From assembly GCA_030433135.1 (NCBI GenBank), contig JAUILF010000001.1, positions 2,891 to 66,890 on the forward strand: 64,000 nt of DNA, read 5' to 3'. Positions 55,501 to 64,000 of this stretch are shown here, piece by piece. Positions within the stretch are counted from its first letter, which is position 1, and each line of letters starts with the position of its first letter. The notes beneath the pieces are model-generated. The model made no database searches, had not been told where the DNA came from, and saw nothing but the letters and a program-made list of their open reading frames with translations. Both the position numbers and the translations under genes were made by a program. The DNA comes from Bacteroidia bacterium. GTDB taxonomy: Bacteria > Bacteroidota > Bacteroidia > Chitinophagales > Saprospiraceae.

Positions 55501-58500
55501 TGTTCCCGGGATATTTTGGGATTCTGCCTGGAGAGATAGATACTTTCTCTTGATTTCTTGTCTCTAATTTCCAGGCGTGGTTGTTTTCCATTCTTTTTGT
55601 GAATGATTTCAAGCCCGGATCGATCTGATAAGTATTTTTTGGCGTGTCGAATAGCCAGGTGTTTTGATGAGAAATCTAAGACGCTTTCGAAAAGTGGGTG
55701 TTCGCCGTCATCGACGTTCGTTAGCCAGATATTGTATTTATATCGATGTTCTTGTTGCCTGATTCGAATGGAGCATGTAAACCGATCCAGAAATGACTTG
55801 ATTTCAGATACATATTTTTTTGCTTGCTCCGTCGTCTCAAAGTTTTTTGGGGTTGTCCCAATACACTGGTTTTTCTTGACTAACTCGACCCGGAAAGATC
55901 CATGATTTTCCACAACTTGAAGCGATTCTTCCTTTGCATAGGTTTTCAGGGCTTCCAGGAAAGCTTTCTCCGCTGAGCGAATCGCTGTCAAATAGCTCGT
56001 TGGTTGCAATAAAGTCTGGCCGTTCTGATTTTCAACTGAATACTGATATTGCTCCTGGAAGGAAAGAGGCATATTGGATCTTTCAAATTGAGAAAGTACT
56101 TGCCTGGCAATCAATTCATTCTCCCCCTTGCTGGCATATGTGTTTGGGTGAGAAGCCACAAACTGCCCTTGTTTGGTTCTGATCAGGAAACTATAATCGA
56201 GATTTGCCTCATCGCCAGTTGTAAAAATTTCTAACTGGCCAGAATTCCCGAGATCAGTGAGAAGACCTAAAATTGCATCCGCAGGACTTTTGAAAAGCCG
56301 GTAGCTGAAGAGAACTTTGCCTTCAGATTCTCCGTCGGGCCAGCAGTATGCAAATGCCTTTTGCGATACGTCAACATGCACATTTTTCTTTAAGCGAATG
56401 GATTGATGCAAGTTTTCCATCCACTTTAAGGCATGTTTCTCATTTTCATAAACCGGTGATTCGGCACAAATTTGACCGGTACCGTCAATCAACCTGATGT
56501 AGTATCCCTTTTCGCATTTCTGTATTTCAAGGTTCATTTGATTACTTCCCTGATCCCGGGCCTCATCTGCTGCGCGCTTCGCTTTTCGCCGGTCTTCATA
56601 CATAAATTTTGATGACAACAAAATCTGACGGTTATCCCGGATATGCCATCTATACCCCTTTGATTTTTCGACGATAAACCGTTTCTGAAACGATGCGATT
56701 TCTTCCCTGATCGCTTCAGCTCCCAGGATATCCTCTTTGCTTCCTTGCATCCATTGAACCTGTGCAAGTTTAATGTCTTGTTTACCCAGAAGATAAGAAT
56801 CGTGAGTGCCACTTGCATCTTGAAGCTCCCATTGCCTCTCTCCCAGAGAAAGAAAATCTGAGATTGTATGAGCCGGGCGATCATATCGTACTTCACTGGT
56901 TATTTCAAAGCGATTGAATCTATCTTTCCAGGTCCAAATGAAAGTAGGGTCCTTTATAATGCAGTATTCCTGAATTTTTTCAAACTGGTAATATTTTCCT
57001 TTTACTACTCCAGATGGTAGAAGTTGGGGTCGTTTGGTTCTGGATTTAAATCGAGATGTGATTTGTTTGTGAAAATCAGACTGGGCGGTATTGGCTTTCT
57101 CTTCACTGATAAACTTAGTTGGATAACGAGCCAATACCTGTTTCTTTTGATCAATTAATTCCAGGTGATACTGGTACTTACTCACATAGATATCTTTTTC
57201 GGATATTTCCTGTTGGAATCTACTTTTCCAAATTGTCAAATCCTGATCCCGGCTTTGTGCTGTGTCATATCGGATACAGGACGAAAATGAAACATGGTCC
57301 ATTTGAATGCGAAATCCATAACTGTCTTTCGACTCATCATAAAATAACGAATACCCTTTGTCTCTCTCTGAACCGAGAAGCAATCTGTCTAACGCCAGAA
57401 CTGCTTCGTCGCGACTATCGAATGTCACATCACTGCGCAGCAAGCTATTTCCCTGTTGATCTGGAATCATGATGCGAAATTCGTCCTGGTACTCGTGAAT
57501 CTCGAAGTTGCACAAATCAGTCTTTACCAGGTTGGTACCCGATATAGCAGCAATACGCCGTTCAAATCCACTCATGTTTTCGGTATTCCAAACCGGTTTG
57601 CAGATATTAAATCCTTTGCCCCTGTCACGGCTAATCTGGGGGTAGTGGCTGAGGTAGTTTGCTTTATTTTCAGCCAATTGCCTTTGGTCGGTTTGAAGTG
57701 CAAAATGCAGCAAGGCATAATCCGCAAATTTTTCCGAGAACCTGGCCAATAAGTGGTCAAGAAACTGATTACGCCTGCGAACATATTGAGACCGGTCTTC
57801 AAGCATTTGCTGCAGATAATCCAGATAATATCCTGCAGGTTCCACAATTTCAAAAGTGAATTTTGGCGGATGGGAATCAGGAAAATTCGAGGTTCGGTAA
57901 GCCTTTATTTGCGTACCTATAAATGAAAGGGATTCAGCTGCTGCCAGAGCTTCATTTTTTGTCGAATATGTGGTTTTACTGTAAATCAGAAAATCTGGAA
58001 TCCGCGATTTCATCACGAAAAAAAATCCACACTTTGCCTGACAGATTTGGGATTCAATCTGATCCTGAATGAATTCACGTTGTAACTGTTTCAGGACGGC
58101 ATTTCGCTCCCCGGTGGAATCAAAGTAATATTCGGTGTAATTTAAATCGATATCTGAGCGATCTTGCAAATAATCGAGTTCCAGGGATGTATTTCGATTT
58201 GCTTCGATCAGAATGGCAACTACTTTTCCGGTTTGCCAAACTAGCTCAGGGCCATCTGATTGGTCCTTTTTAAAAAAACGGATGATCTTCTCCGCTTGAG
58301 GAAGGTCTTCTAATGGTTGTACGAAATAGGTGTGTTGGTCTTCCATGGCACGGTCCCTATCCGGCCGGTATGAAAACAAATGACGAATATGCCCGAGCTG
58401 GCTGAGGTATGAACTTAGAAGAGCATCAAAAAATACCAGGTAGCCTTGTAATTGGAGAGCCTGTGATTTTCTCGCGGTGCTGGCACTATCAGGTAGACCT

Positions 58501-59867
58501 CCTTCTCTGATTCCATAAACACGCGGTAGATCATTTTGAATGGAATAGTGTTGACCCAAATTTTCCCGTAATTGGCCGTATTGAATCGGAATATCGAGAT
58601 CTATGGGGTTTGTATACCTGGAGCGGCGGCTGGAAAGGCTTAATTGCAGTAATCTCATTTCAACCTTGTCCCTGTCGACCTGTTGCGGGATACCGCTTTT
58701 CGTGAAAATAATCGTGGAATGCGCAAAACATAGTTTGGGAATATGGTCTTTAAGCAATGGCAGTATCCAATCAGCACAATATCCCTGATTATCACAAAAG
58801 TTTTGGTGGTTAAGACTATTATAAAGCTCCTGACCATTTTGATCATATGCCGACAACACCAGATCTGAAACCCGTATGATCCCTTCACCAAGTTGCATCA
58901 GGACCCCGTAGAGGTCCGATAAATGAATTTCCTTTCTCCTGGGAATATGAGAGAGTTGTTCTGTATCGATAAATCCATAGCTGTCCATTGTATAGGGTCT
59001 ACCTGAATAGGCAGATTCAATCGAGTGATCTTTCAGATATTCTGATAAGGTATAGTAATTTACCTGTGGCGAAAGGAAGAGGTCTACTGCTTCTATGATT
59101 TGAAAAAATAATTCCACCGGATCGGCTGTTTCGGCGATTTCTATTTCTGTGCAAATACCAATTTTCTGTTCACACAAGACCGAAATTGATGTGAAATCTT
59201 CGGCCAGATTTCGATGTTTAAAAAGAGTGGATTTGACTTGTTTGACAATTGCTTCTTCCTTCCCCTTAGCAGCAGTATCTTGTGAATTCAGGCAAAATCG
59301 ATTTTCCCAATCGATTTCAATACTCACTTTATACAGTCCGTTTAGCGTTATTTCATGATCGCATTCTGAATGTTGTATACATGACAGGGAGGAATGAGCC
59401 GGGTGCCCATGTGTATGAAAAATCACATCATCATCGGAATCCGATTGAGGCGGACTCGGGCAGCATGCGTATAAGGTATGGTCCCGGTCGATTTCAAGCC
59501 AGGCATTACGAACAGATGGAACATCCATGAGCAATTTTCGATAATCAAGGATGGTTACCGGATTGCAGGTTAAGATCTGAGCAGGTGTAAAGAAATTATC
59601 TTCTTCCTCGTCCTCGGGTTTAGCCAGGATTTGTTCGATAGGCAATTTTGTTCTGTAACCCAGATCTAAAAGGGCGTAGCAAATCAGTTCCAGTAAGGTA
59701 ACACCCGGGTCGTGTACATTATGGTCAGTCCAGATCTTACCCGCCAGTTTTCCAATATGTTCCAGGCCGGTTCGACGTAGCTCCTCAAAATCAAAATGGG
59801 CATGATCAAAAGTAGGATCCTTTTGTAAAATGACTTTGCTATCTCCAAACTTGGTTGTCTCTGACAT
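52536..59867 (-). CDS. Afp12/Pvc12-like baseplate protein expanded to 2443 aa by an internal array of YegP/DUF1508-like modules
   Basis: The N-terminus IWTDHNVHDPGVTLLELICYALLDLGYRTKLPIEQIL is the conserved start of eCIS/phage baseplate wedge proteins downstream of the J-like protein. There is a 4-nt overlap with the next gene. Residues about 575-2000 hold at least 15 repeats of a beta-hairpin + helix module (see finding). Confidence 0.65.
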   Translation of the reverse strand: MSETTKFGDSKVILQKDPTFDHAHFDFEELRRTGLEHIGKLAGKIWTDHNVHDPGVTLLELICYALLDLGYRTKLPIEQILAKPEDEEEDNFFTPAQILTCNPVTILDYRKLLMDVPSVRNAWLEIDRDHTLYACCPSPPQSDSDDDVIFHTHGHPAHSSLSCIQHSECDHEITLNGLYKVSIEIDWENRFCLNSQDTAAKGKEEAIVKQVKSTLFKHRNLAEDFTSISVLCEQKIGICTEIEIAETADPVELFFQIIEAVDLFLSPQVNYYTLSEYLKDHSIESAYSGRPYTMDSYGFIDTEQLSHIPRRKEIHLSDLYGVLMQLGEGIIRVSDLVLSAYDQNGQELYNSLNHQNFCDNQGYCADWILPLLKDHIPKLCFAHSTIIFTKSGIPQQVDRDKVEMRLLQLSLSSRRSRYTNPIDLDIPIQYGQLRENLGQHYSIQNDLPRVYGIREGGLPDSASTARKSQALQLQGYLVFFDALLSSYLSQLGHIRHLFSYRPDRDRAMEDQHTYFVQPLEDLPQAEKIIRFFKKDQSDGPELVWQTGKVVAILIEANRNTSLELDYLQDRSDIDLNYTEYYFDSTGERNAVLKQLQREFIQDQIESQICQAKCGFFFVMKSRIPDFLIYSKTTYSTKNEALAAAESLSFIGTQIKAYRTSNFPDSHPPKFTFEIVEPAGYYLDYLQQMLEDRSQYVRRRNQFLDHLLARFSEKFADYALLHFALQTDQRQLAENKANYLSHYPQISRDRGKGFNICKPVWNTENMSGFERRIAAISGTNLVKTDLCNFEIHEYQDEFRIMIPDQQGNSLLRSDVTFDSRDEAVLALDRLLLGSERDKGYSLFYDESKDSYGFRIQMDHVSFSSCIRYDTAQSRDQDLTIWKSRFQQEISEKDIYVSKYQYHLELIDQKKQVLARYPTKFISEEKANTAQSDFHKQITSRFKSRTKRPQLLPSGVVKGKYYQFEKIQEYCIIKDPTFIWTWKDRFNRFEITSEVRYDRPAHTISDFLSLGERQWELQDASGTHDSYLLGKQDIKLAQVQWMQGSKEDILGAEAIREEIASFQKRFIVEKSKGYRWHIRDNRQILLSSKFMYEDRRKAKRAADEARDQGSNQMNLEIQKCEKGYYIRLIDGTGQICAESPVYENEKHALKWMENLHQSIRLKKNVHVDVSQKAFAYCWPDGESEGKVLFSYRLFKSPADAILGLLTDLGNSGQLEIFTTGDEANLDYSFLIRTKQGQFVASHPNTYASKGENELIARQVLSQFERSNMPLSFQEQYQYSVENQNGQTLLQPTSYLTAIRSAEKAFLEALKTYAKEESLQVVENHGSFRVELVKKNQCIGTTPKNFETTEQAKKYVSEIKSFLDRFTCSIRIRQQEHRYKYNIWLTNVDDGEHPLFESVLDFSSKHLAIRHAKKYLSDRSGLEIIHKKNGKQPRLEIRDKKSRESIYLSRQNPKISREQIHVASDEYRYWTGMITSKNLEAFVKESEQSKAGKFVYRVLDKNEPVAYDPCACYEKMDHSYTTRLREILKASKDGYQFAQICMGSEAIIKIDLLFHFVLKDSCTGDIYFVSWQGYASQEQAREAFTAQYLEVLEQASKQENYPGVIRLARPEKTKNTICISGDEPIAWIPAETRTKFGLARIIHWACSYPIRLKKLHKDQAVSNGCQSNYTFSYYFHLISNELNEECKVHWTSWRSWNTIAEAWESFKNFLPLLQYKGNGRPYLDQENCCHQIALWNILLESNQRFQSEDEAWSGLDLLLEAACREDAFCRQVTQNPEYCSSFYITTSQYDIAKHPRQYDHPEGRDVAIREVYQQCSNPLVIDFLVESKQVGASYIFILTIQGETIWEGQSDHGTAAEAEQIGQDKLLEMMAYAREERFYAETDQGIQLHDYHLDGHSSAVNPILVHHGPFSIKKLVQIAKHFPFVQEKEGIGFQVYCESMTNDLKIDDRPCNPCHEEEQDYPVRGVIIWMNTRLYETLADARADLDRLISSSKDRTRYRSCSDRDCGPYSFSFVDPDQILAIHPVCYERDKQMQAQLNKTKELMYPVGMHIVEHILLRPDHTEPLDCQCLMQNDPDCHCELPVEDETSQDPCQENANAVQSRYMPGADPYSFRVSVVLPCWSKPLNQKEMRRMYEQILLREAPAHIYLDINWINPKQLCDFERKYKRWLRYHRGASLCPESNAKCDLIHALSGLTDCEFYESGDHPDPGCRANGEAVVTINQAKLYNFYYHSTPERKHVLNPLLQAIPGHSRSLSLPIKEWKQNMELVHSISTDIQLPGVLKKSPEIAIKVDQSDMPGDREMEKDRALRSRKSRYREKIELLGGSIGNRTFELAKFHVDTNPGLQNLQAVVQMILQYGLRKNSKKEEEYKSLLAHVICASLDQFVIDNPDRVIYKNELQEIFAQIEQAGVTTSDLLQSWNYPELAKLLPSGSAEKFYVLLRKMNQK

Positions 59868-59881
59868 AATGGTTCTTTTGA

Positions 59882-62800
59882 TTACTGGCTACATCGCAAT
59901 TGTCTTTTCAGGCTGTATTCATTTTCACAATGCCCATTCCGGGATTCACAGTACGAATCGCAATGCTGGATATGATCGATAAGAATGTCTCCAGCGGTTA
60001 AGATGGAGCGTATTGTTTTGGGGTCAATCCGCGACCGGCTTTGCACGATTTGTCCCGGTTCTAAACAGACTTTTTCATCCTGATGAGTCATCTCAAGTTC
60101 ACAAATGAAATCGACGTAGTACAATTTTTCAATGTAGGTAGCCAGATCCGATTGATGAATGCTTTTACCCAATTCGAGCCGGGGTGAGTCCTGGCCATTT
60201 AACCAGGGAGACAGGAATTGCCGGATATCAGATTGCAGCTGTTGTTTGAAGAAATTCAGGTTCGTGATGTTTTTCTGAAATTGAATGGTTATTTCCACGT
60301 CGATTTTCTCGTACCGCGGGTTGACTACAGTGAGGTGAATAAATGGAGAAATCCGGGATGTTATCCATTCCTTGATTTCCTGAAGCAGACTCAATGGTAA
60401 TTTGGGCTCGAGAAGCTGACCGGATTTCAGCTTTTCCAGGTCGGGGATAACAACCACCATTACGAAGCCGGGTGCAACGCCAAGATCCTTGCTGAATCCC
60501 TTCGCTGACAGTGCTAACGAATGAGGCACGGCCAATACCTTTTTTACCTCTTCAAATCGATCAAGGATCAGGTATTCATAATCCCAGGATTGTATACCCC
60601 GGTCCTTATGACGTAGATGTTCACTGATCCGTTGGAAGAGGTTAATAGACTGTTCTTCCAATTTGCCGTGAAAAGAGGGATAGGGTTGTTGAATCTTTTT
60701 AATTTTTGCATCCGCAACTGCTAATTTGGAGATCTTTCCACCTTCCAGAAGCATGGATAATCGACTTTGAGGCCGGTTTGCCTGATAAGTTACCTTTGCC
60801 GCCTGCGTATGAATGTCGATTGTCTCACATATGGCTGCAACATGCTCCCGGGCCTGGATTCTGATCCAGCTTTTCTGATCGGGCATGATCGTAAAACCCT
60901 GATCAGACATGTCCTCCGGTACTGCGACCTTCACAATGCCCGACCGGGTAAGGCCCATTGTCGCATCCTCAACAATCTCAAAGCCCGGTCGAAGTTCAAA
61001 CCAATTATTTTGCTTTAAATAGTACCAATTCAATTGAGCCTTCGGGCATTCAGAATCAGCCGTAGCTTCGGCCAATTGAAATAAAAGATGTAAACCTGCC
61101 CCGGGTGTGAGCGATTCAAATCCGAGATATAATGAACCTTCATTATCGATATAGTTGAGCAAAGTTGGACTAGCTTCCAGGGACTCCTCCCGATGTGAGT
61201 TATCAAATGGATAAAGGTGAAAAAATTGAATATCACTGATTGATGCTTTAGCAGTGTAATCTAGAGACAGATCTTTGATAATCGGCGTCCATGGTTCATT
61301 GGGGATAAGTACCTCTTTATCGCCAAATAAACTTTTGAATACATCTATTGGGTTGACTTTAAATGCATCTATGATTTTACTTTTTAAATCGTCCGTAATG
61401 ACATCAAAATCAAATAGATCAAGTACTCCTTCACTAGTAGCTGTTCCATTGAAAAACTCTTCGGCAGCTTTTTTTAAATCTCCAATATCAGCGCCTGCAT
61501 CAAAAGTAAAATCGGTAAAATCTATGCTCGAAACCAGATCACTAAAATCAATATCGGTAAAAAATGACTTTATTTCTTCTAGTAGAATATTGGCTTTGGC
61601 CAGTACATCTTTTAATATTTGCTCAGCTTCGTCATTATCTGGATTATTCAATAAGGCATTCTCTATAACTTCCTTGATATGAACAATGAGATTCCCAAAA
61701 TGCTGGAATACGTCTTCAACCCCCTGTTCAATAAGTCCACCAATGTTTCCCAAAAAAATGCCTAGATCGAATACATGAGGACTTCCGCTCTCCAAATAAA
61801 TGGCTCCGTCAATGAGGTCGGGATAGCGCCCAAATGCCATCATTTGACGTCCCAGAACAAAAGCATAGTCCTTATGCAGAAAATCTTGATTGATTAGCGT
61901 GATTTTGAGAAAACCATTTCTTGTATTCACATCAAATTGGAGAAGAGGTATATTGATGGAATCACAAAACCGTCCGGGCATCTGATCGAGCATGTATACC
62001 GTTTCAAACTGAGAATCACAGCAACCCATAAGAGAGTTATCATCTGCAAATAACTGGTGATCCAATTTTTGATTGATCCATTGCCCGTTCACGATTTCGC
62101 GAATGTTTACCACGAAACCGCCTTTGTCAAGACCATCTTTTTTATATGCAGCATAATATTTGCCGAAATCCGCGGGTAAGTCTTTCCAGTTTATCTTTAC
62201 CCACACATTTGTCCAGTCCTTACAAAAAACCTCATTTGATCCCAAATAAAAGTTCGGACCAACCAGGTTTGGAGGATCTGGTGCTTCCATTGAAGTGACC
62301 ACAGTAAAGTCGATGACGTCAGGTCGTGTACCAAACGGATAAATGTCGCTATTCACATCTTGCAAACTCTGCTCATTTTGAACCACAACATTCTTAAAAT
62401 CACAAACTTTGACGTCGATGCATACATCCGCAATTTTGAGGTTTCTGAAATAGTGATACAATGAGATGTGCAGTTCTTCCTCGTCCCGGCACCGTTCTAT
62501 CGAACAGCATGGGTCATACTGATGGCTTGTCACGGGAATCCGGATATTTGGATCCAAAATCAACTGAACAGCTGGCATTTCCGTATCCAATGACTCCTGG
62601 AGTGCCTCTGAATTAAAAAAGGTGACCGGGTCAAATTCACGGGGTAAATTGATCGTTATGGTTAGCTCATAATCAGTTCCATCAACGCATGCACATTTGT
62701 CTTGTGGCGCTCCAAAGCTGATCGTTACATCATCTGGATTTACCGGTAACCATCCCTGTTCACCGGAAAAAGAAATGGTAAATGCCTTTGTTTTAGTAAA

Positions 62801-64000
62801 GACTTTTTCGGCAATAGCCAGGTCATCCGAATTTGATATCCCATTTTCCAGCTCATCCTCAGCTACGGCGCGATTCCGCGAAGGGGTCAGGAAATCCAGG
62901 CCGTCTTGCGATATATCCAACTCAATTGCCTGTTGCATTTCCTGATCACCAATGAAAAAATAGGTCCGGTCGATGGCGTCAGTGAAATTCTGATCGTCCA
63001 GCTTCGGTTCACCACAGTCCTGTATATCAAATTTGTTGAGGCAGAATGTGAGTGTTACTGTTCTTTCACCTTCCTGCAACAAAAGAACCGGGGATGCCAG
63101 GACTACTCCTATCCGTGCCGCAGGATGGAAATTGGGAATGGAGCTAACCTCAGGATTTTTCAGTTTTTCTTCCGGGATATATTTACTCTCCTTAGATCCC
63201 AGAGTATACCAACTTGCTGATTGTCCCTTGTAACCAATACCATCTGCTGTATTGGCCTTTGGGGCCATGTACACTCCCTCGATAAAATCGCATAAATCAG
63301 AATTTTCAGAACAATCAGTTGTGTTGCCATTCTTGTTTCCTTCAATCCGGTTGAGGTACATTGATCTGAAGTCCGTGATTTTGGCATGATCGATAACCAG
63401 ATCCTCATTAAGCTGGTAGAGAATATCCTCGTCATCGAGATCTTTACCATTTTTGAGTTTGCCTTTGTCTTTTTGGAGTAAATAGTTCTTCAGGTTCTTC
63501 TGAATTTCAAACAAAACATGTACTTCATCCGGCCTTTCTTTTCGTGCCTTGATGTTAAGAATTTGCGTATAAAAAAACTCAAGATGGTTCGTACTTAGGG
63601 CGTTCAAATCGCCTTGAAATTGTTTATACAACTTCAACACTGCGATCATCAGGGCGATATGTGGCGGATGTTTTTCCTGATCAATTTCGGCCAGTGGTAT
63701 CAGGCTCTCCTCGAAATAATGAATTGACTTTTTTGCAAGCTCTCTTTGTGCATTCAGGAATGTTTTTGCCTCCTCAGACAATTTCTGAGTGATGTGCATC
63801 AGCCGGTTGTTTTGCCCTGGGATGTCGGCAATTTTTGTGCTGGTTCCTGGTGGATCTGATTGATGATCCAATATCCAGAGGGACCTGTACTTGATCTTTG
63901 TCAAGTCAAAAGATTGCAAACAGTACCAGGATGACACATCATTGAAGAATTGGATAAATCGATTAAACGATGGGGCCAGATTGGCAATAATACCTTGTTC
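59882..64000 (-). CDS. Afp11-like baseplate J/gp6-type protein, 5' end beyond the window (>1372 aa)
   Basis: The track start (63937) is a GTG. The frame stays open to position 64000 (EQGIIANLAPSFNRFIQFFNDVSSWYC...), so the gene probably starts outside the window. PHIALMIAVLKLYKQFQGDLNALSTNHLEFFYTQILNIKARKERPDEVHVLFE matches the conserved N-terminal region of eCIS baseplate J-like proteins. The gap to the Afp12-like gene is 14 nt. Confidence 0.6.
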   Translation of the reverse strand, partial: EQGIIANLAPSFNRFIQFFNDVSSWYCLQSFDLTKIKYRSLWILDHQSDPPGTSTKIADIPGQNNRLMHITQKLSEEAKTFLNAQRELAKKSIHYFEESLIPLAEIDQEKHPPHIALMIAVLKLYKQFQGDLNALSTNHLEFFYTQILNIKARKERPDEVHVLFEIQKNLKNYLLQKDKGKLKNGKDLDDEDILYQLNEDLVIDHAKITDFRSMYLNRIEGNKNGNTTDCSENSDLCDFIEGVYMAPKANTADGIGYKGQSASWYTLGSKESKYIPEEKLKNPEVSSIPNFHPAARIGVVLASPVLLLQEGERTVTLTFCLNKFDIQDCGEPKLDDQNFTDAIDRTYFFIGDQEMQQAIELDISQDGLDFLTPSRNRAVAEDELENGISNSDDLAIAEKVFTKTKAFTISFSGEQGWLPVNPDDVTISFGAPQDKCACVDGTDYELTITINLPREFDPVTFFNSEALQESLDTEMPAVQLILDPNIRIPVTSHQYDPCCSIERCRDEEELHISLYHYFRNLKIADVCIDVKVCDFKNVVVQNEQSLQDVNSDIYPFGTRPDVIDFTVVTSMEAPDPPNLVGPNFYLGSNEVFCKDWTNVWVKINWKDLPADFGKYYAAYKKDGLDKGGFVVNIREIVNGQWINQKLDHQLFADDNSLMGCCDSQFETVYMLDQMPGRFCDSINIPLLQFDVNTRNGFLKITLINQDFLHKDYAFVLGRQMMAFGRYPDLIDGAIYLESGSPHVFDLGIFLGNIGGLIEQGVEDVFQHFGNLIVHIKEVIENALLNNPDNDEAEQILKDVLAKANILLEEIKSFFTDIDFSDLVSSIDFTDFTFDAGADIGDLKKAAEEFFNGTATSEGVLDLFDFDVITDDLKSKIIDAFKVNPIDVFKSLFGDKEVLIPNEPWTPIIKDLSLDYTAKASISDIQFFHLYPFDNSHREESLEASPTLLNYIDNEGSLYLGFESLTPGAGLHLLFQLAEATADSECPKAQLNWYYLKQNNWFELRPGFEIVEDATMGLTRSGIVKVAVPEDMSDQGFTIMPDQKSWIRIQAREHVAAICETIDIHTQAAKVTYQANRPQSRLSMLLEGGKISKLAVADAKIKKIQQPYPSFHGKLEEQSINLFQRISEHLRHKDRGIQSWDYEYLILDRFEEVKKVLAVPHSLALSAKGFSKDLGVAPGFVMVVVIPDLEKLKSGQLLEPKLPLSLLQEIKEWITSRISPFIHLTVVNPRYEKIDVEITIQFQKNITNLNFFKQQLQSDIRQFLSPWLNGQDSPRLELGKSIHQSDLATYIEKLYYVDFICELEMTHQDEKVCLEPGQIVQSRSRIDPKTIRSILTAGDILIDHIQHCDSYCESRNGHCENEYSLKRQLRCSQ

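Noticed and set aside
1-64000. Searched by eye for CRISPR arrays, rRNA and tRNA genes, reverse transcriptases (retron/DGR/group II intron) and template/variable repeat pairs.
   Set aside because: I found no regularly spaced short direct repeats, no rRNA-like or cloverleaf-compatible segments in the non-coding gaps, and no RT motifs (YxDD) in any sizeable ORF.

Overview
The window is 64 kb, almost all of it coding on the minus strand. It is AT-rich by eye. The gene content (IS91+tyrosine recombinase pair, LytTR regulator, sulfatase, TPR-cyclase, DUF4157-type eCIS) suggests a Bacteroidota genome, but that is inference only. I see three blocks.

(1) 1-31390 is an accessory 'conflict island' full of death/immunity-type domains and transposon scars:
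- a >1614-aa double-lipase/CHAT protein plus a DUF4062-like partner;
- a DUF4062-NACHT-like STAND NTPase with TPR tail, flanked by a LytTR response regulator, a 205-aa unknown and a small 4-TM protein;
- a 1342-aa ROCO protein (LRR / dead caspase-like / EAD11-like / Roc / COR / Zn-ribbon / TIR);
- a stand-alone EAD11-like protein;
- a caspase-TIR fusion, a ThsB-like TIR, a TIR-TM protein and a pentapeptide-repeat protein with a Rossmann/TIR-like tail.
Interspersed are nested IS5/IS1182-like scars, an IS21 scar, two copies of a tyrosine recombinase (one with an IS91-family transposase) and two short repeat families. One family is a 150-300-nt element that sits directly 5' of four different conflict genes. 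The island ends where a sulfatase gene is truncated at 31391.

(2) 31391-37200 looks like ordinary chromosome: sulfatase fragment, FkbM methyltransferase, HAD hydrolase, VOC protein, SDR scar, and a PixA/AidA-like protein translationally coupled to a TPR-TM class III nucleotide cyclase.

(3) 37427-64000 is the distal half of an extracellular contractile injection system (Afp/PVC-like) operon:
- Afp11-like and a giant Afp12-like baseplate protein carrying about 15-20 tandem YegP/DUF1508-like modules;
- an Afp14-like tape measure;
- two huge DUF4157 toxins (AHH nuclease; CHAP + TM + beta-beta-alpha-Me nuclease-like);
- a candidate immunity gene, an embedded orphan ParA with a 2-TM partner, a third DUF4157 protein and the Afp15-like AAA+ ATPase.

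I found no rRNA, tRNA or CRISPR array. All family assignments come from motif recognition by eye and need HMM or structure confirmation.
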